A stretch of DNA of 49,502 bases from Thermoplasmatota archaeon (GTDB lineage Archaea > Thermoplasmatota > E2 > DHVEG-1): the NCBI GenBank assembly GCA_016936135.1, contig JAFGPP010000127.1, positions 1-49,502 of the forward strand. Reading direction: 5' to 3'. The notes under the pieces were generated by a model that saw only the letters and a program-made list of their open reading frames with translations, searched no databases and was not told where the DNA came from. This document shows, one piece after another, positions 39,860 through 48,525 of the stretch (the first letter of the stretch is position 1; every line of letters starts with the position of its first letter). A program made the position numbers and the translations under genes.

Positions 39860-41875
39860 ATGCGTAAATTTTTATATTCAAGTTTTATATTAATTAATGG
39901 AGGTAAACATTTGAATTACAAATTGAGTTTCGTAATTGTTACGTTTTCAATTGTCTTAACCTCTGTAACATCTTCATCAGTAGTAAAATTTATTGATAAG
40001 GAAACTTATGAGGAACTATTGGATAAGTTATTTTTTGATTTTTACTACTGTAATTCTTCTGCGTATACCGAAGATATTGGTAATTATTTGAGCAAAGTTC
40101 AAATTACAAATGATGAATCAAACATTAATTCAACACTTTTTGAAAATGGAAATGAATGTGGGGTAAATCTTGGCGGCCTCATAGATTCGCCTTGGCCGAT
40201 GAAAGGGCACGACCTTTATCATACGGGGAGGAGTCCATATAGTACTGCTTATAACATGGGTGAGGAATTATGGCATTTCAATGTGAGTGATGGATGGATA
40301 AACGGTGGGGTTGTTGTGGACGATGATGGTACAATCTATTTCGGTTGTGAAAATTATTATCTTTATGCTATACGCTGCGATGGCACATTAAAATGGAGAT
40401 TCAGGACTGGTGATTGGATTTGGTCAACCCCAGCAATCGCCGATGATGGAACAATATACATTGGTTCTTATGACAATTACTTATATGCTATCAATCCTAA
40501 TGGTACATTGAAATGGAATTTTTATGCGAGAGGCTCAATATCTTCATCTCCCGCAATTGCCAAAGATGGTACGATTTATTTTGGCACAATGAGGGGATTA
40601 GATAAGGGCGATATATTTGCGATCAACCCGGATGGCACAGAAAAATGGCATTATGAGACTGGTTATTATATTGTTTCTGACCCTGCGATTGGTGATGACG
40701 GCACGATTTATGTCGGCTCAGGTGACACCCATCTTTATGCGTTGAGACATGATGGTGCTCTTCGTTGGCGTTTCAAAACAGGAGATTGGGTAAAGGCGCA
40801 TCCCTCTATAGCAGATGATGGAACGATTTACATCAGCTCGTTTGATGGCTATTTTTATGCTCTACACCCAGATGGCACTCTAAAATGGAAATATGGTGGA
40901 GGTGGAGACGAAGCCAGCGCTTCGATTGATAAGGATGGGACTATATATGTTGGCAACACCTATCTTCATGCAATATACCCAAACGGGACTCTGAGGTGGA
41001 AAATCGATGTTGGTCCGAATATCGACCATGCGTCTCCTGCTATCGGTGCTGAGGGAACAATTTATGTAGGAGCTGGTGTCTATATAATTGCTATCAATCC
41101 AGACGGAACTGAACGATGGCGTAGAACAATTGCCAACAGCGAAGTATTGTCTTCGCCTTGTATAGGAAAAAATGGAATAGTGTACATTGGTTCATATTCT
41201 CAGGTTTTTGGATACAACTACGGCCGTCTGTACGCTTTTGGTTACGGGAAGATAAATGCATTTTCTAATGGCCCTTACTACGGTTTGATAAACCAAGCAG
41301 TAGAGTTTAATGGCGATGTTACCGGTGGACACCAACCTTATAGTTTTCATTGGGAGTTTGGTGACGAAAGTACCTCAGATGAACAGAATCCCATACACTT
41401 TTATGACGAACCTGGGAATTACACTGTTTTATTAACAGTAACTGATAACGAGGGCAACTCGTCAACTGACACAACATGGGCTTGGATTCAGGAAACAAAC
41501 AATCCTCCAAACAAACCTTCAATTTTAGGAAATAAAAAAGGCAAGATTGACAACTATTACGAATACGCCTTTTCGGCAATTGATCCCGAGAGCAATATTG
41601 TCTATTACCTCGTTGAATGGGGTGACGGTATGTCAAGTGGCTGGAAAGGACCTTATAAATCTGGAGAACAATTAAATCTCAGCCATACTTGGAGTGAAGA
41701 GGGAAGCTATGATATAAGGGCGAAAGCAAGAGATATCTATGGATCTGAAAGCGATTGGAATACTCTAAGAGTCAGCATGCCAAAAAGCAAGCCATATAAT
41801 CCGTTATGGCAACTGTTGGAACGGTTGATAAACCGAGTTCCGATAGTGCAATATTTTTTTCATTTTTTAGAATAG
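39860..41875 (+). CDS. Secreted PQQ-like beta-propeller protein with C-terminal PKD-type domains
   Basis: At least 8 repeats of DGTIY(F/I/V)GS.D..LYAI.PDGTLKW. Then a PKD-like WEFGDESTS...GNYTVLLTVTDNEG, and a second Ig-like module VEWGDGMSSGW...YDIRAKARDIYGSESDW. Confidence 0.7.
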   Translation: MRKFLYSSFILINGGKHLNYKLSFVIVTFSIVLTSVTSSSVVKFIDKETYEELLDKLFFDFYYCNSSAYTEDIGNYLSKVQITNDESNINSTLFENGNECGVNLGGLIDSPWPMKGHDLYHTGRSPYSTAYNMGEELWHFNVSDGWINGGVVVDDDGTIYFGCENYYLYAIRCDGTLKWRFRTGDWIWSTPAIADDGTIYIGSYDNYLYAINPNGTLKWNFYARGSISSSPAIAKDGTIYFGTMRGLDKGDIFAINPDGTEKWHYETGYYIVSDPAIGDDGTIYVGSGDTHLYALRHDGALRWRFKTGDWVKAHPSIADDGTIYISSFDGYFYALHPDGTLKWKYGGGGDEASASIDKDGTIYVGNTYLHAIYPNGTLRWKIDVGPNIDHASPAIGAEGTIYVGAGVYIIAINPDGTERWRRTIANSEVLSSPCIGKNGIVYIGSYSQVFGYNYGRLYAFGYGKINAFSNGPYYGLINQAVEFNGDVTGGHQPYSFHWEFGDESTSDEQNPIHFYDEPGNYTVLLTVTDNEGNSSTDTTWAWIQETNNPPNKPSILGNKKGKIDNYYEYAFSAIDPESNIVYYLVEWGDGMSSGWKGPYKSGEQLNLSHTWSEEGSYDIRAKARDIYGSESDWNTLRVSMPKSKPYNPLWQLLERLINRVPIVQYFFHFLE

Positions 41876-42020
41876 ATATTTTTGTTATAAAAATAGGTAC
41901 CAAGCAAAATATGATAATTACTCAATTTCTATCTTTGTCTAATTGGACCATCAAATATTACAAAGATTTGTAAACAATTACTTTTTTACAGTTTGTTTGT
42001 AATTCAGCTGAGGACCAATA

Positions 42021-42515
42021 ATGAAAGAAGGATATTTGCAGACAAAAATTACAGAGATTGTAGATAAATGCAAGCAGTTGGAACAACTGATGACCATGGA
42101 AAGATCTAAAATTGCTTTACTGGAAGAAAGGGTAGGAGGAGCAAAAGAACTAATTAAAAAATTAAAAAATTTGGAAACTTTCAAAGAACAAATTGCTAAA
42201 GAGCTAAAAAGTGAAAATCAAAAACTAATTGATGTTGAACTGGAAAAAATTTCAAAAAATGTGTCAAAACAAGTTGACAAGATTTTAGCAACCAAATCAC
42301 AAGATCTGGACAAGACAGCAGACTATTTGAAAAATAAAGAAAGTGAGTTTAAGAAACAAAGCGCCGTGCTAAATGATATTTACAAGGAGATCATTTATCT
42401 CCGTGAACATAACCAGATTTTAATGATGAAACTAGTAAACAAAGGGATTTTATCTGATAGAGAAGTTGAAGAAACAGATAGACGATCTTTAAAAAAAGCT
42501 AAAGAGTCTAAATGA
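42021..42515 (+). CDS. Small coiled-coil protein, function unknown
   Basis: 164 aa, K/E/L-rich heptads throughout. No family recognised. Confidence 0.4.
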   Translation: MKEGYLQTKITEIVDKCKQLEQLMTMERSKIALLEERVGGAKELIKKLKNLETFKEQIAKELKSENQKLIDVELEKISKNVSKQVDKILATKSQDLDKTADYLKNKESEFKKQSAVLNDIYKEIIYLREHNQILMMKLVNKGILSDREVEETDRRSLKKAKESK

Positions 42516-42531
42516 TTTAATTTTAAGGAAA

Positions 42532-42561
42532 TTGCAGATATGTATTTCTACATACCTGCAA
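42532..42561. terminator. 13-bp-arm hairpin between convergent genes
   Basis: TTGCAGATATGTA-tttc-TACATACCTGCAA pairs at 12 of 13 positions. It lies 17 nt after the stop of 42021-42515 and upstream of the purL stop on the other strand. Confidence 0.3.
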
Positions 42562-42672
42562 ATCGATGACCATAATTCAGCACTCAAGATCTTCATCACT
42601 GCATTTTAAAGCTCAGAAAGGGTTCGGTCATCACCTAGATTAAAAATAGATCACAACATATAAGTATTGCGA

Positions 42673-45033
42673 TTAACCCATGGTCTTAAATATTGCATTT
42701 CTCCAAACAGCATCTATGTCTTTTATTGGTTGATCGATTAAAACTGAATTATTATTGGAAATGTGTAGTTTGTTTCCGCCTGTTTTACCAATCTTTAAAT
42801 GTGGTGTTTCAAGTCTTTTCAAAGTCTTTTCAAAGTCTTTCTCAAAACCATTTTTTACCTCAATAATCCACCTGGTAGTTGTCTCAGAAAATAGCTTTAC
42901 GTCTGAGCGTAGCTTATCGTTAACCTTTGAGATATCTACATTTGCCCCGATTTCTCCACCAATTGTCATCTCAGACAGACAAACTCCGATTCCTCCTTCA
43001 CTTACATCGTGGCAGGAGGCAACATATCCTTCATCAATTACAGTGTAAACGCCCTTCATACACTTTGCTAATAAATCAACATTTGATTTTGGAACAACAC
43101 CTCCATCTACATCCAATGCTTTGTAGTATTCGGAGCCATTGAGTTCATACTCGGTTTGATTGCCTACAAGATACAGACTGTTTCCTTGCTTTTTTATATC
43201 AGTTGTTACACATTTTCTAATGTCTTTCACGATTCCGACCCCGACCAAACCTGGTGTGGGGGGTACCGCACTTTTAATTGATTCATTATACAAACTCACA
43301 TTTCCAGAAACAAAAGGAAGATTTAGAGTTCTAGCCATATCCCCCAGTCCACGACACGCCTCGTAAAATTCTCCCATTCTTTCAGGTTTTTCAGGGTTTC
43401 CAAAATTTAGACAATCCAAAAGGGAGTCCGGCCACGATCCAACGGAAACAAGATTACGACATACTTCATCAACTGCTGCACAAGATCCAAAATACGGGTC
43501 TCTTTCCATGAATCTTGGGTTGACATCTGCGGTTACTGCAAGCCCCCTAAACGAGTGCTCGAGAGGTTTTACCACAGTTGCGTCTCCATGAGTTTCTCTG
43601 TTGATTTTTCCCTGCAATGGCTTTATCACCGTGTTACCCCTTACTTCGTGATCGTACTGATGAATTACCCACTCCTTAGAAGCGACATTGTGGGATGATA
43701 GTATTTTTATAAGAGCATCATTGAGATCTGGCATTGAAAAATTTGGATCATTTGTCTTTTTTCGATCAATTTCTTTAATTATAAAAGGTCTAGTACAGTT
43801 ATCATAAACAGGCCCGCCTGTTAAAAATTCCAAATCCATCTCAAGAATTTTTTTATTTTTGTAAAACACTCTGATAATTTTGTCTTTAATTACTTTTCCG
43901 ACTTCTACGGCAATTACATCCCATTGTTTACAGATATGAAGGACTTTTTTGACATTTTCCGGTTTTACCAAAAACATCATTCTTTCCTGACTTTCTGATA
44001 TCCATATTTCCCAAGGAGCTAGCCCCTCATCCTTTAGAGGAATATTATCGATATGGATTTCTGCTCCAAGACCTGCTGCATATGCCAATTCACCAGAAAC
44101 ACAGGATAAACCTCCCCCACCAAAGTCTTTCAAACCCTCCAATAAGCCTTTTTTATTACATTCCAAGGTGGCGTGAATTAGTGGTTCTTTAGTAATGGGA
44201 TCTCCGACCTGAACTGCCGATCTGCTGCTTTCCTCACTTTCATCAGTTAGCTCGGCTGATGCAAATGTAACTCCGTGAATGCCATCTCTGCCGGTTTTTC
44301 CACCAGCGTAGATGTAAATATTTCCAGGGGCTTTTGCTCGGCTATGAATTAACTCTTCTTTTTTGAGTATTCCAATACATCCAACATTTACAAGGCAATT
44401 TCCAGTATACCCTTCATGAAAATATACCTGGCCTGCTAAAGTTGGTATGCCTATGCGATTTCCGTAATCTCTAATTCCATCTACAACTCCCTTGAAAAGG
44501 AAGCGAGGATGTTTCACACCCTTGGGAATTTGTTTATAAGAACAATCCAATGGACCAAAAAATAATGGATCGATGTAGGCAACGGGTTGAGCACCCATGC
44601 ATACGACATCTCGGACAATTCCACCCACACCTGTTGCAGCACCCCCGTAAGGTTCTATAGCGGATGGGTGGTTGTGCGATTCTAGAGCAGCACAGTAATA
44701 ATACTCATCGTCAAAATCTATAATACCAGCATCTTCCCGTGCAACTATTCGATCTTCAGAAATGCCGAAAACGAATTTTTTTAAGGGAATTTTAGAGGAT
44801 TTATAGCAGCAATGTTCAGACCATGCCTGTCCTAATGCCTGCAATTCAATGTCTGTGGGTATTCTCTTTTTATTCTGAAAATAGTTTTTAATTTTATTTA
44901 ATTCATCAAGCGAAAGTGCAAGCCCCAATTGATTACTAATTTCTTTTAATTCGTCATCAGACGCTGAGAAAATATCGATTTCATAAACAGAATCTAAACC
45001 CTCTTTTTTTGAAAAAAAAACATTAATATCCAA
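42673..45033 (-). CDS. purL: Phosphoribosylformylglycinamidine synthase subunit PurL
   Basis: SEHCCYKS, ESHNHPSAIEPYGGAATGVGG, duplicated PurM-like domains. TTG start preceded by GGAGG with a 7-nt spacer. Confidence 0.9.
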   Translation of the reverse strand: MDINVFFSKKEGLDSVYEIDIFSASDDELKEISNQLGLALSLDELNKIKNYFQNKKRIPTDIELQALGQAWSEHCCYKSSKIPLKKFVFGISEDRIVAREDAGIIDFDDEYYYCAALESHNHPSAIEPYGGAATGVGGIVRDVVCMGAQPVAYIDPLFFGPLDCSYKQIPKGVKHPRFLFKGVVDGIRDYGNRIGIPTLAGQVYFHEGYTGNCLVNVGCIGILKKEELIHSRAKAPGNIYIYAGGKTGRDGIHGVTFASAELTDESEESSRSAVQVGDPITKEPLIHATLECNKKGLLEGLKDFGGGGLSCVSGELAYAAGLGAEIHIDNIPLKDEGLAPWEIWISESQERMMFLVKPENVKKVLHICKQWDVIAVEVGKVIKDKIIRVFYKNKKILEMDLEFLTGGPVYDNCTRPFIIKEIDRKKTNDPNFSMPDLNDALIKILSSHNVASKEWVIHQYDHEVRGNTVIKPLQGKINRETHGDATVVKPLEHSFRGLAVTADVNPRFMERDPYFGSCAAVDEVCRNLVSVGSWPDSLLDCLNFGNPEKPERMGEFYEACRGLGDMARTLNLPFVSGNVSLYNESIKSAVPPTPGLVGVGIVKDIRKCVTTDIKKQGNSLYLVGNQTEYELNGSEYYKALDVDGGVVPKSNVDLLAKCMKGVYTVIDEGYVASCHDVSEGGIGVCLSEMTIGGEIGANVDISKVNDKLRSDVKLFSETTTRWIIEVKNGFEKDFEKTLKRLETPHLKIGKTGGNKLHISNNNSVLIDQPIKDIDAVWRNAIFKTMG

Positions 45034-45054
45034 TTTTTTGCCTCCCCTGAAATA

Positions 45055-45306
45055 TTACACTTCACTTACTTTTATTTTATAGGTATGAATAACTGGATTA
45101 GTTAGCAATCTTTGACACATTTTTTCAACATCTTTTTCTACATTTTCTTTATTTTTTCCTTCGACTAATAGGTCAAACGTGTGAAAAGTTTTCGCATCTT
45201 TTACATTTTCAAAACCAAGCAGGTGCAGTGTTTTTAGTGTGTTTGCACCTTCGGGGTCAGAAATTCCTTTTTTTAATTTAACAATTACTTGAGCTTCAAA
45301 CATCAT
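45055..45306 (-). CDS. purS: Phosphoribosylformylglycinamidine synthase subunit PurS
   Basis: 83 aa with VKLKKGISDPEGANT, directly upstream of purL. Confidence 0.8.
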   Translation of the reverse strand: MMFEAQVIVKLKKGISDPEGANTLKTLHLLGFENVKDAKTFHTFDLLVEGKNKENVEKDVEKMCQRLLTNPVIHTYKIKVSEV

Positions 45307-45339
45307 CTTTAGCCTCCATCTATAAATTTGTAAATTAAA

Positions 45340-45891
45340 TTATCGTTTTTTAAATTCAAGAATTATTTCTTTTATCTTTTTTTGGAGATCCTTTATCGAA
45401 CCCTCATTAGTAATTGTTTCGTTAGCCGATTTCATAACAAGGTCTATTCCCCAGTTTTTTTCTCTTTGATCTCTTTTTAAAATTCTGTTTATATCTCCAC
45501 TGTCATCTTCACGATTTCTTGATAGGCCTCTTTCATGTCTTGTTTTATCTGAACATTTTACAGCAATCAATAAAAAATCTTTTCCTAATTTTTTTTTAAA
45601 AAAATCAATTTCCTCGATATTTCTAACACCATCGATTATAATTAATTCTTTATTTTCAAGCAAACGAACTTTTTCATATGTTTTTTTTGCCCAAATCTCC
45701 TTTCCGTATTTTATTCTCATTTCAGAGGCAATTTTTGCAACGTTTTCATCTGCTATTTCCAAACCACGTTTTTTTACCTCTTGCCAGATCGTATCCCCCA
45801 TTCTAACGGTTGGAATATTCATTTTATTTGCAACTTTAACTGCCTCAGATTTACCAGAAAAAGGCATGCCAGTAAAAGCAATTACTTTCAT
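45340..45891 (-). CDS. UPF0200-type P-loop nucleotide kinase (dephospho-CoA-kinase-like)
   Basis: IAFTGMPFSGKSE P-loop, VRMGD, IIDGVRN, LIAVKCSDKTRHERGLSRNREDD. Start taken at MKVIAFTG. Confidence 0.6.
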   Translation of the reverse strand: MKVIAFTGMPFSGKSEAVKVANKMNIPTVRMGDTIWQEVKKRGLEIADENVAKIASEMRIKYGKEIWAKKTYEKVRLLENKELIIIDGVRNIEEIDFFKKKLGKDFLLIAVKCSDKTRHERGLSRNREDDSGDINRILKRDQREKNWGIDLVMKSANETITNEGSIKDLQKKIKEIILEFKKR

Positions 45892-45921
45892 TCTGTTCCT
45901 CAACATAGAACAAATATAAGA

Positions 45922-46004
45922 TGCAGGGGGAGCGATTTGAACGCTCGAAGACCTACGTCACAGGGTCCTAAGCCCTGCCCCTTTGACCGCTCGGGTACCC
46001 CTGC
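45922..46004 (-). tRNA. tRNA-Leu (anticodon UAG), class II with a long variable arm, no encoded CCA
   Basis: The minus strand folds by hand as GCAGGGG-TA-CCC-GAGCGGTCAAA-GGG-G-CAGGG-CTTAGGA-CCCTG-T-GACGTAGGTCTTC-GAGCG-TTCAAAT-CGCTC-CCCCTGC-A. The 7-bp acceptor stem is perfect. Confidence 0.85.
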
Positions 46005-46063
46005 AGATTGAACCCTAATATAACATTAACTCAAAAATGTTATTGATAAGGTGGAATATTTTT

Positions 46064-46300
46064 TTATAATTTCCCCTTGATAAGCTTTTCTTGCCCGTAT
46101 TTTGAATAGCACTCTGTGCAAAATTCTCTAGCTATCAGAGAATGAAGATGCTTGCTAATTCCTTCCTCACGATGATATATTTCTCCTTCCCCAATTTTTT
46201 TTCTGCAATTTGTACACACTCTGGGGATTTTAGCCACCTTTTTTATAAGATGAGTTTCGATTTTTTCCATTTCAATTCCCCAAGATAACAAATCGGTCAT
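46064..46300 (-). CDS. Small zinc-ribbon protein (two CxxC pairs)
   Basis: CTNC...CTEC. 78 aa, or 68 aa from the internal MEKIETH start at 46270. No family recognised. Confidence 0.4.
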   Translation of the reverse strand: MTDLLSWGIEMEKIETHLIKKVAKIPRVCTNCRKKIGEGEIYHREEGISKHLHSLIAREFCTECYSKYGQEKLIKGKL

Positions 46301-46453
46301 CCATTATATTTATTTTGTAGTTTTTTGATTTATATTTTGACTATGGGAAAATATCGATTATGGAAATAATCTAGTTATCAAAAATTAAATCTTATTTATA
46401 TTAACGTTTAAGTATGAGAAACAGTATTCGCAACAATCAAAAAATTTAGCAAT

Positions 46454-46583
46454 AGCGGGGGGTTAACGCTTCCCATCATAGCGAGCAATTATCTAACGAT
46501 ATTTGCCTATAAGGGTGGGGTAGCCAGGAGATCCCGACGGGCCCATAACCCGTAGATCAGTGGTTCGAATCCACTCCCCGCTA
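46454..46583 (+). tRNA. Initiator tRNA-Met (CAU) interrupted by a 55-nt insert (putative non-canonical intron) in the 5' acceptor strand
   Basis: AGCGGGG (46454-46460) is perfectly complementary to CCCCGCT (46576-46582). After removing 55 nt the sequence folds as AGCGGGG-TG-GGGT-AGCCAGGAGA-TCCC-G-ACGGG-CCCATAA-CCCGT-AGATC-AGTGG-TTCGAAT-CCACT-CCCCGCT-A. A1:U72 and G29-31:C39-41 are initiator hallmarks. Confidence 0.8.
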
Positions 46584-46634
46584 CTATTTTAAAAAAGTTA
46601 TAATGTCTAAATAAATATCCTATTTACGCCAGAA

Positions 46635-47369
46635 ATGCCAACAGATAAAAATAGATATTGGGAAATCGATCTTATCAGAGGCCTAGCAGTTATATTGATG
46701 ATAGTTTTTCATATTTTTTTTGATCTAGATTATTACAATCTCTTTTCAATTGATTTTAATTACTTGCCAATCAAAATTTTTCAATATTCAGTCGCAATAA
46801 TTTTTCTAGCACTTGTAGGTATTTCCTTAACTTTGAGTTATAATAAAAAAGAAAGCATAATAAGTAAAGAAAAGAAAAATAAAAAATTCATTTTTCATGG
46901 TTTAAAAATTTTCAGTATTGGTTTGCTAATAACAGCGGTTACTTGGGTTTATCCAAATGACGGCTACATAATTTTTGGGGTATTGCATTGTATTGGTATA
47001 TCAATAATTATGGCTATACCTTTTCTGAAATATCAAAAAATCTCACTTTTCATAGGAATAATTTTTGTTTTTTTTGGAATTTTTTTAAGAACAATTACTG
47101 TTAATTTCGACTATTTACTTTGGCTTGGCCTCAGGTCCGATCAATTTTACACTCTTGATTATTTTCCGTTACTGCCATGGTTTGGTGTGGTTCTAATAGG
47201 TATATTTCTTGGAAATCTTTTTTATCCGGAAGGTAAGCGTAGATTTAATATTAGAAATTATTCAAAATCAAATTTTATTCATATTATCGAACTGATTGGA
47301 CGTAAATCTTTAATAATATATTTGTTGCATCAACCTATTATCGTAGGAACAATACTTTTACTATCTTAA
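46635..47369 (+). CDS. DUF1624 / heparan-alpha-glucosaminide N-acetyltransferase-like membrane protein
   Basis: RYWEIDLIRGLAVILMIVFH N-terminal motif and about 7 hydrophobic helices. Confidence 0.5.
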   Translation: MPTDKNRYWEIDLIRGLAVILMIVFHIFFDLDYYNLFSIDFNYLPIKIFQYSVAIIFLALVGISLTLSYNKKESIISKEKKNKKFIFHGLKIFSIGLLITAVTWVYPNDGYIIFGVLHCIGISIIMAIPFLKYQKISLFIGIIFVFFGIFLRTITVNFDYLLWLGLRSDQFYTLDYFPLLPWFGVVLIGIFLGNLFYPEGKRRFNIRNYSKSNFIHIIELIGRKSLIIYLLHQPIIVGTILLLS

Positions 47370-47421
47370 AATAGAAAGAACTTTTGAAAAATTGTTTAAC
47401 GCTTAAAATCAAATTGAGAAA

Positions 47422-48447
47422 TTAGTAATTCAGCCCCAAATCGGGAAATTCAACACCCTTACCTTCGGTAATTTTTCCAACAATTTTACAATTTGCTGTT
47501 GAATATTTTTTCAATAGATTAACTGAATCTTTAGCATCTTTTTCAGATACTATTATTGCTAATCCCATTCCCATGTTGAAAGTTTGATACATTTCTTTGT
47601 CTTCTATGTTGCCAATTTTTTGAAGAAAATTAAAAATTGGTTGAGGCTCTAACTGATTATCGATTACAAATTTTACCTTGTTATTTAATCTATTTAAATT
47701 TCTTAAACCCCCTCCAGTGATATGTGCGATTCCATGAACCTTTACCTTTTTAAATAATTCAAGCGTTTCTTTAACATAAATATTTGTTGGGGTAAGAAGG
47801 ACTTCTCCAATTTTTTTGCCAGGGTAGTATCCACTTGGGAATTCATTTTGATAATTAAGATTCGCATTTTTTAATACATATCTGACAAGCGTGTATCCAT
47901 TAGAATGTATACCACTGCTCGAAAGCCCAATAATAATATCGCCCGGGGTAATTTTATCCCCAATAACAATGTCTTTTTTTTTTACGTAACCCAAACATGT
48001 ACCAGCAAGATCAAAACCATTAATGATTTCTGGAAGTGACGCAGTTTCACCTCCAACTATCGAAACATTTGCCAGATTAGCCCCAACTTCCAAACCCTTT
48101 CCAATTTCCTTAGTAATTTCAGGTTTTGGGTCCTCTATTGCTAGATAATCAACAAATGCGATGGGTTCCGCACCAACGCATATTGCATCATTTACATTCA
48201 TTGCGATGCAGTCAATTCCTACGGTATCCCATTTTCTCATTGCATTAGCAATTTCTACCTTACTGCCAACCCCGTCAGTGCACAATACAAGGGCATATTC
48301 TCCAAATTCTATTAAGCCGGCATAATGACCTCCAAGTGACTTGCCGATTCCACTCCTTTTTGTTTTTATTGATGATAGCAGGCTTTTTATTGCTTCTTCC
48401 TCTTTGAAAATGTCCACACCGCTTTTTGCATAAGTTGATTTATTCAA
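47422..48447 (-). CDS. purM: Phosphoribosylformylglycinamidine cyclo-ligase (AIR synthase)
   Basis: YAKSGVDI, CTDGVGSK, IDCIAMNVNDAICVGAEP, SSGIHSNGY, AHITGGG. TTG start preceded by GGTGATAAC. Confidence 0.9.
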   Translation of the reverse strand: MNKSTYAKSGVDIFKEEEAIKSLLSSIKTKRSGIGKSLGGHYAGLIEFGEYALVLCTDGVGSKVEIANAMRKWDTVGIDCIAMNVNDAICVGAEPIAFVDYLAIEDPKPEITKEIGKGLEVGANLANVSIVGGETASLPEIINGFDLAGTCLGYVKKKDIVIGDKITPGDIIIGLSSSGIHSNGYTLVRYVLKNANLNYQNEFPSGYYPGKKIGEVLLTPTNIYVKETLELFKKVKVHGIAHITGGGLRNLNRLNNKVKFVIDNQLEPQPIFNFLQKIGNIEDKEMYQTFNMGMGLAIIVSEKDAKDSVNLLKKYSTANCKIVGKITEGKGVEFPDLGLNY

Positions 48448-48450
48448 GTT

Positions 48451-48456
48451 ATCACC
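48451..48456 (-). promoter_or_regulatory. Shine-Dalgarno-like GGTGAT upstream of purM
   Basis: The minus strand reads ttagGGTGATaacTTGaat. Confidence 0.5.
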
Positions 48457-48525
48457 CTAAATTAAAGTTGGGAAATTGATAATTCCGTGATAAACTTTTT
48501 GAATATAGATATCTTGCATATTAAC

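Noticed and set aside
40300-41200. Periodic ~120-nt similarity that could be mistaken for a tandem DNA repeat or array.
   Set aside because: The periodicity is at the protein level (PQQ-like propeller blades, DGTIY.GS...LYA..PDGTLKW). Nucleotide identity between units is low and there are no spacers.
45781-46011. 76-aa plus-strand ORF.
   Set aside because: It overlaps the start of the kinase gene in antisense, and its GC-rich 3' part is the complement of tRNA-Leu(UAG). The tRNA cloverleaf explains the sequence fully.
46454-46520. The duplicated tRNA 5' fragment (AGCGGGG ... GGGTGGGG) as an att site left by an integrated element.
   Set aside because: The repeated segment is only a few G-rich nucleotides and the insert is 55 nt. 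There is no integrase or foreign gene nearby. An intron-like insert explains it better.
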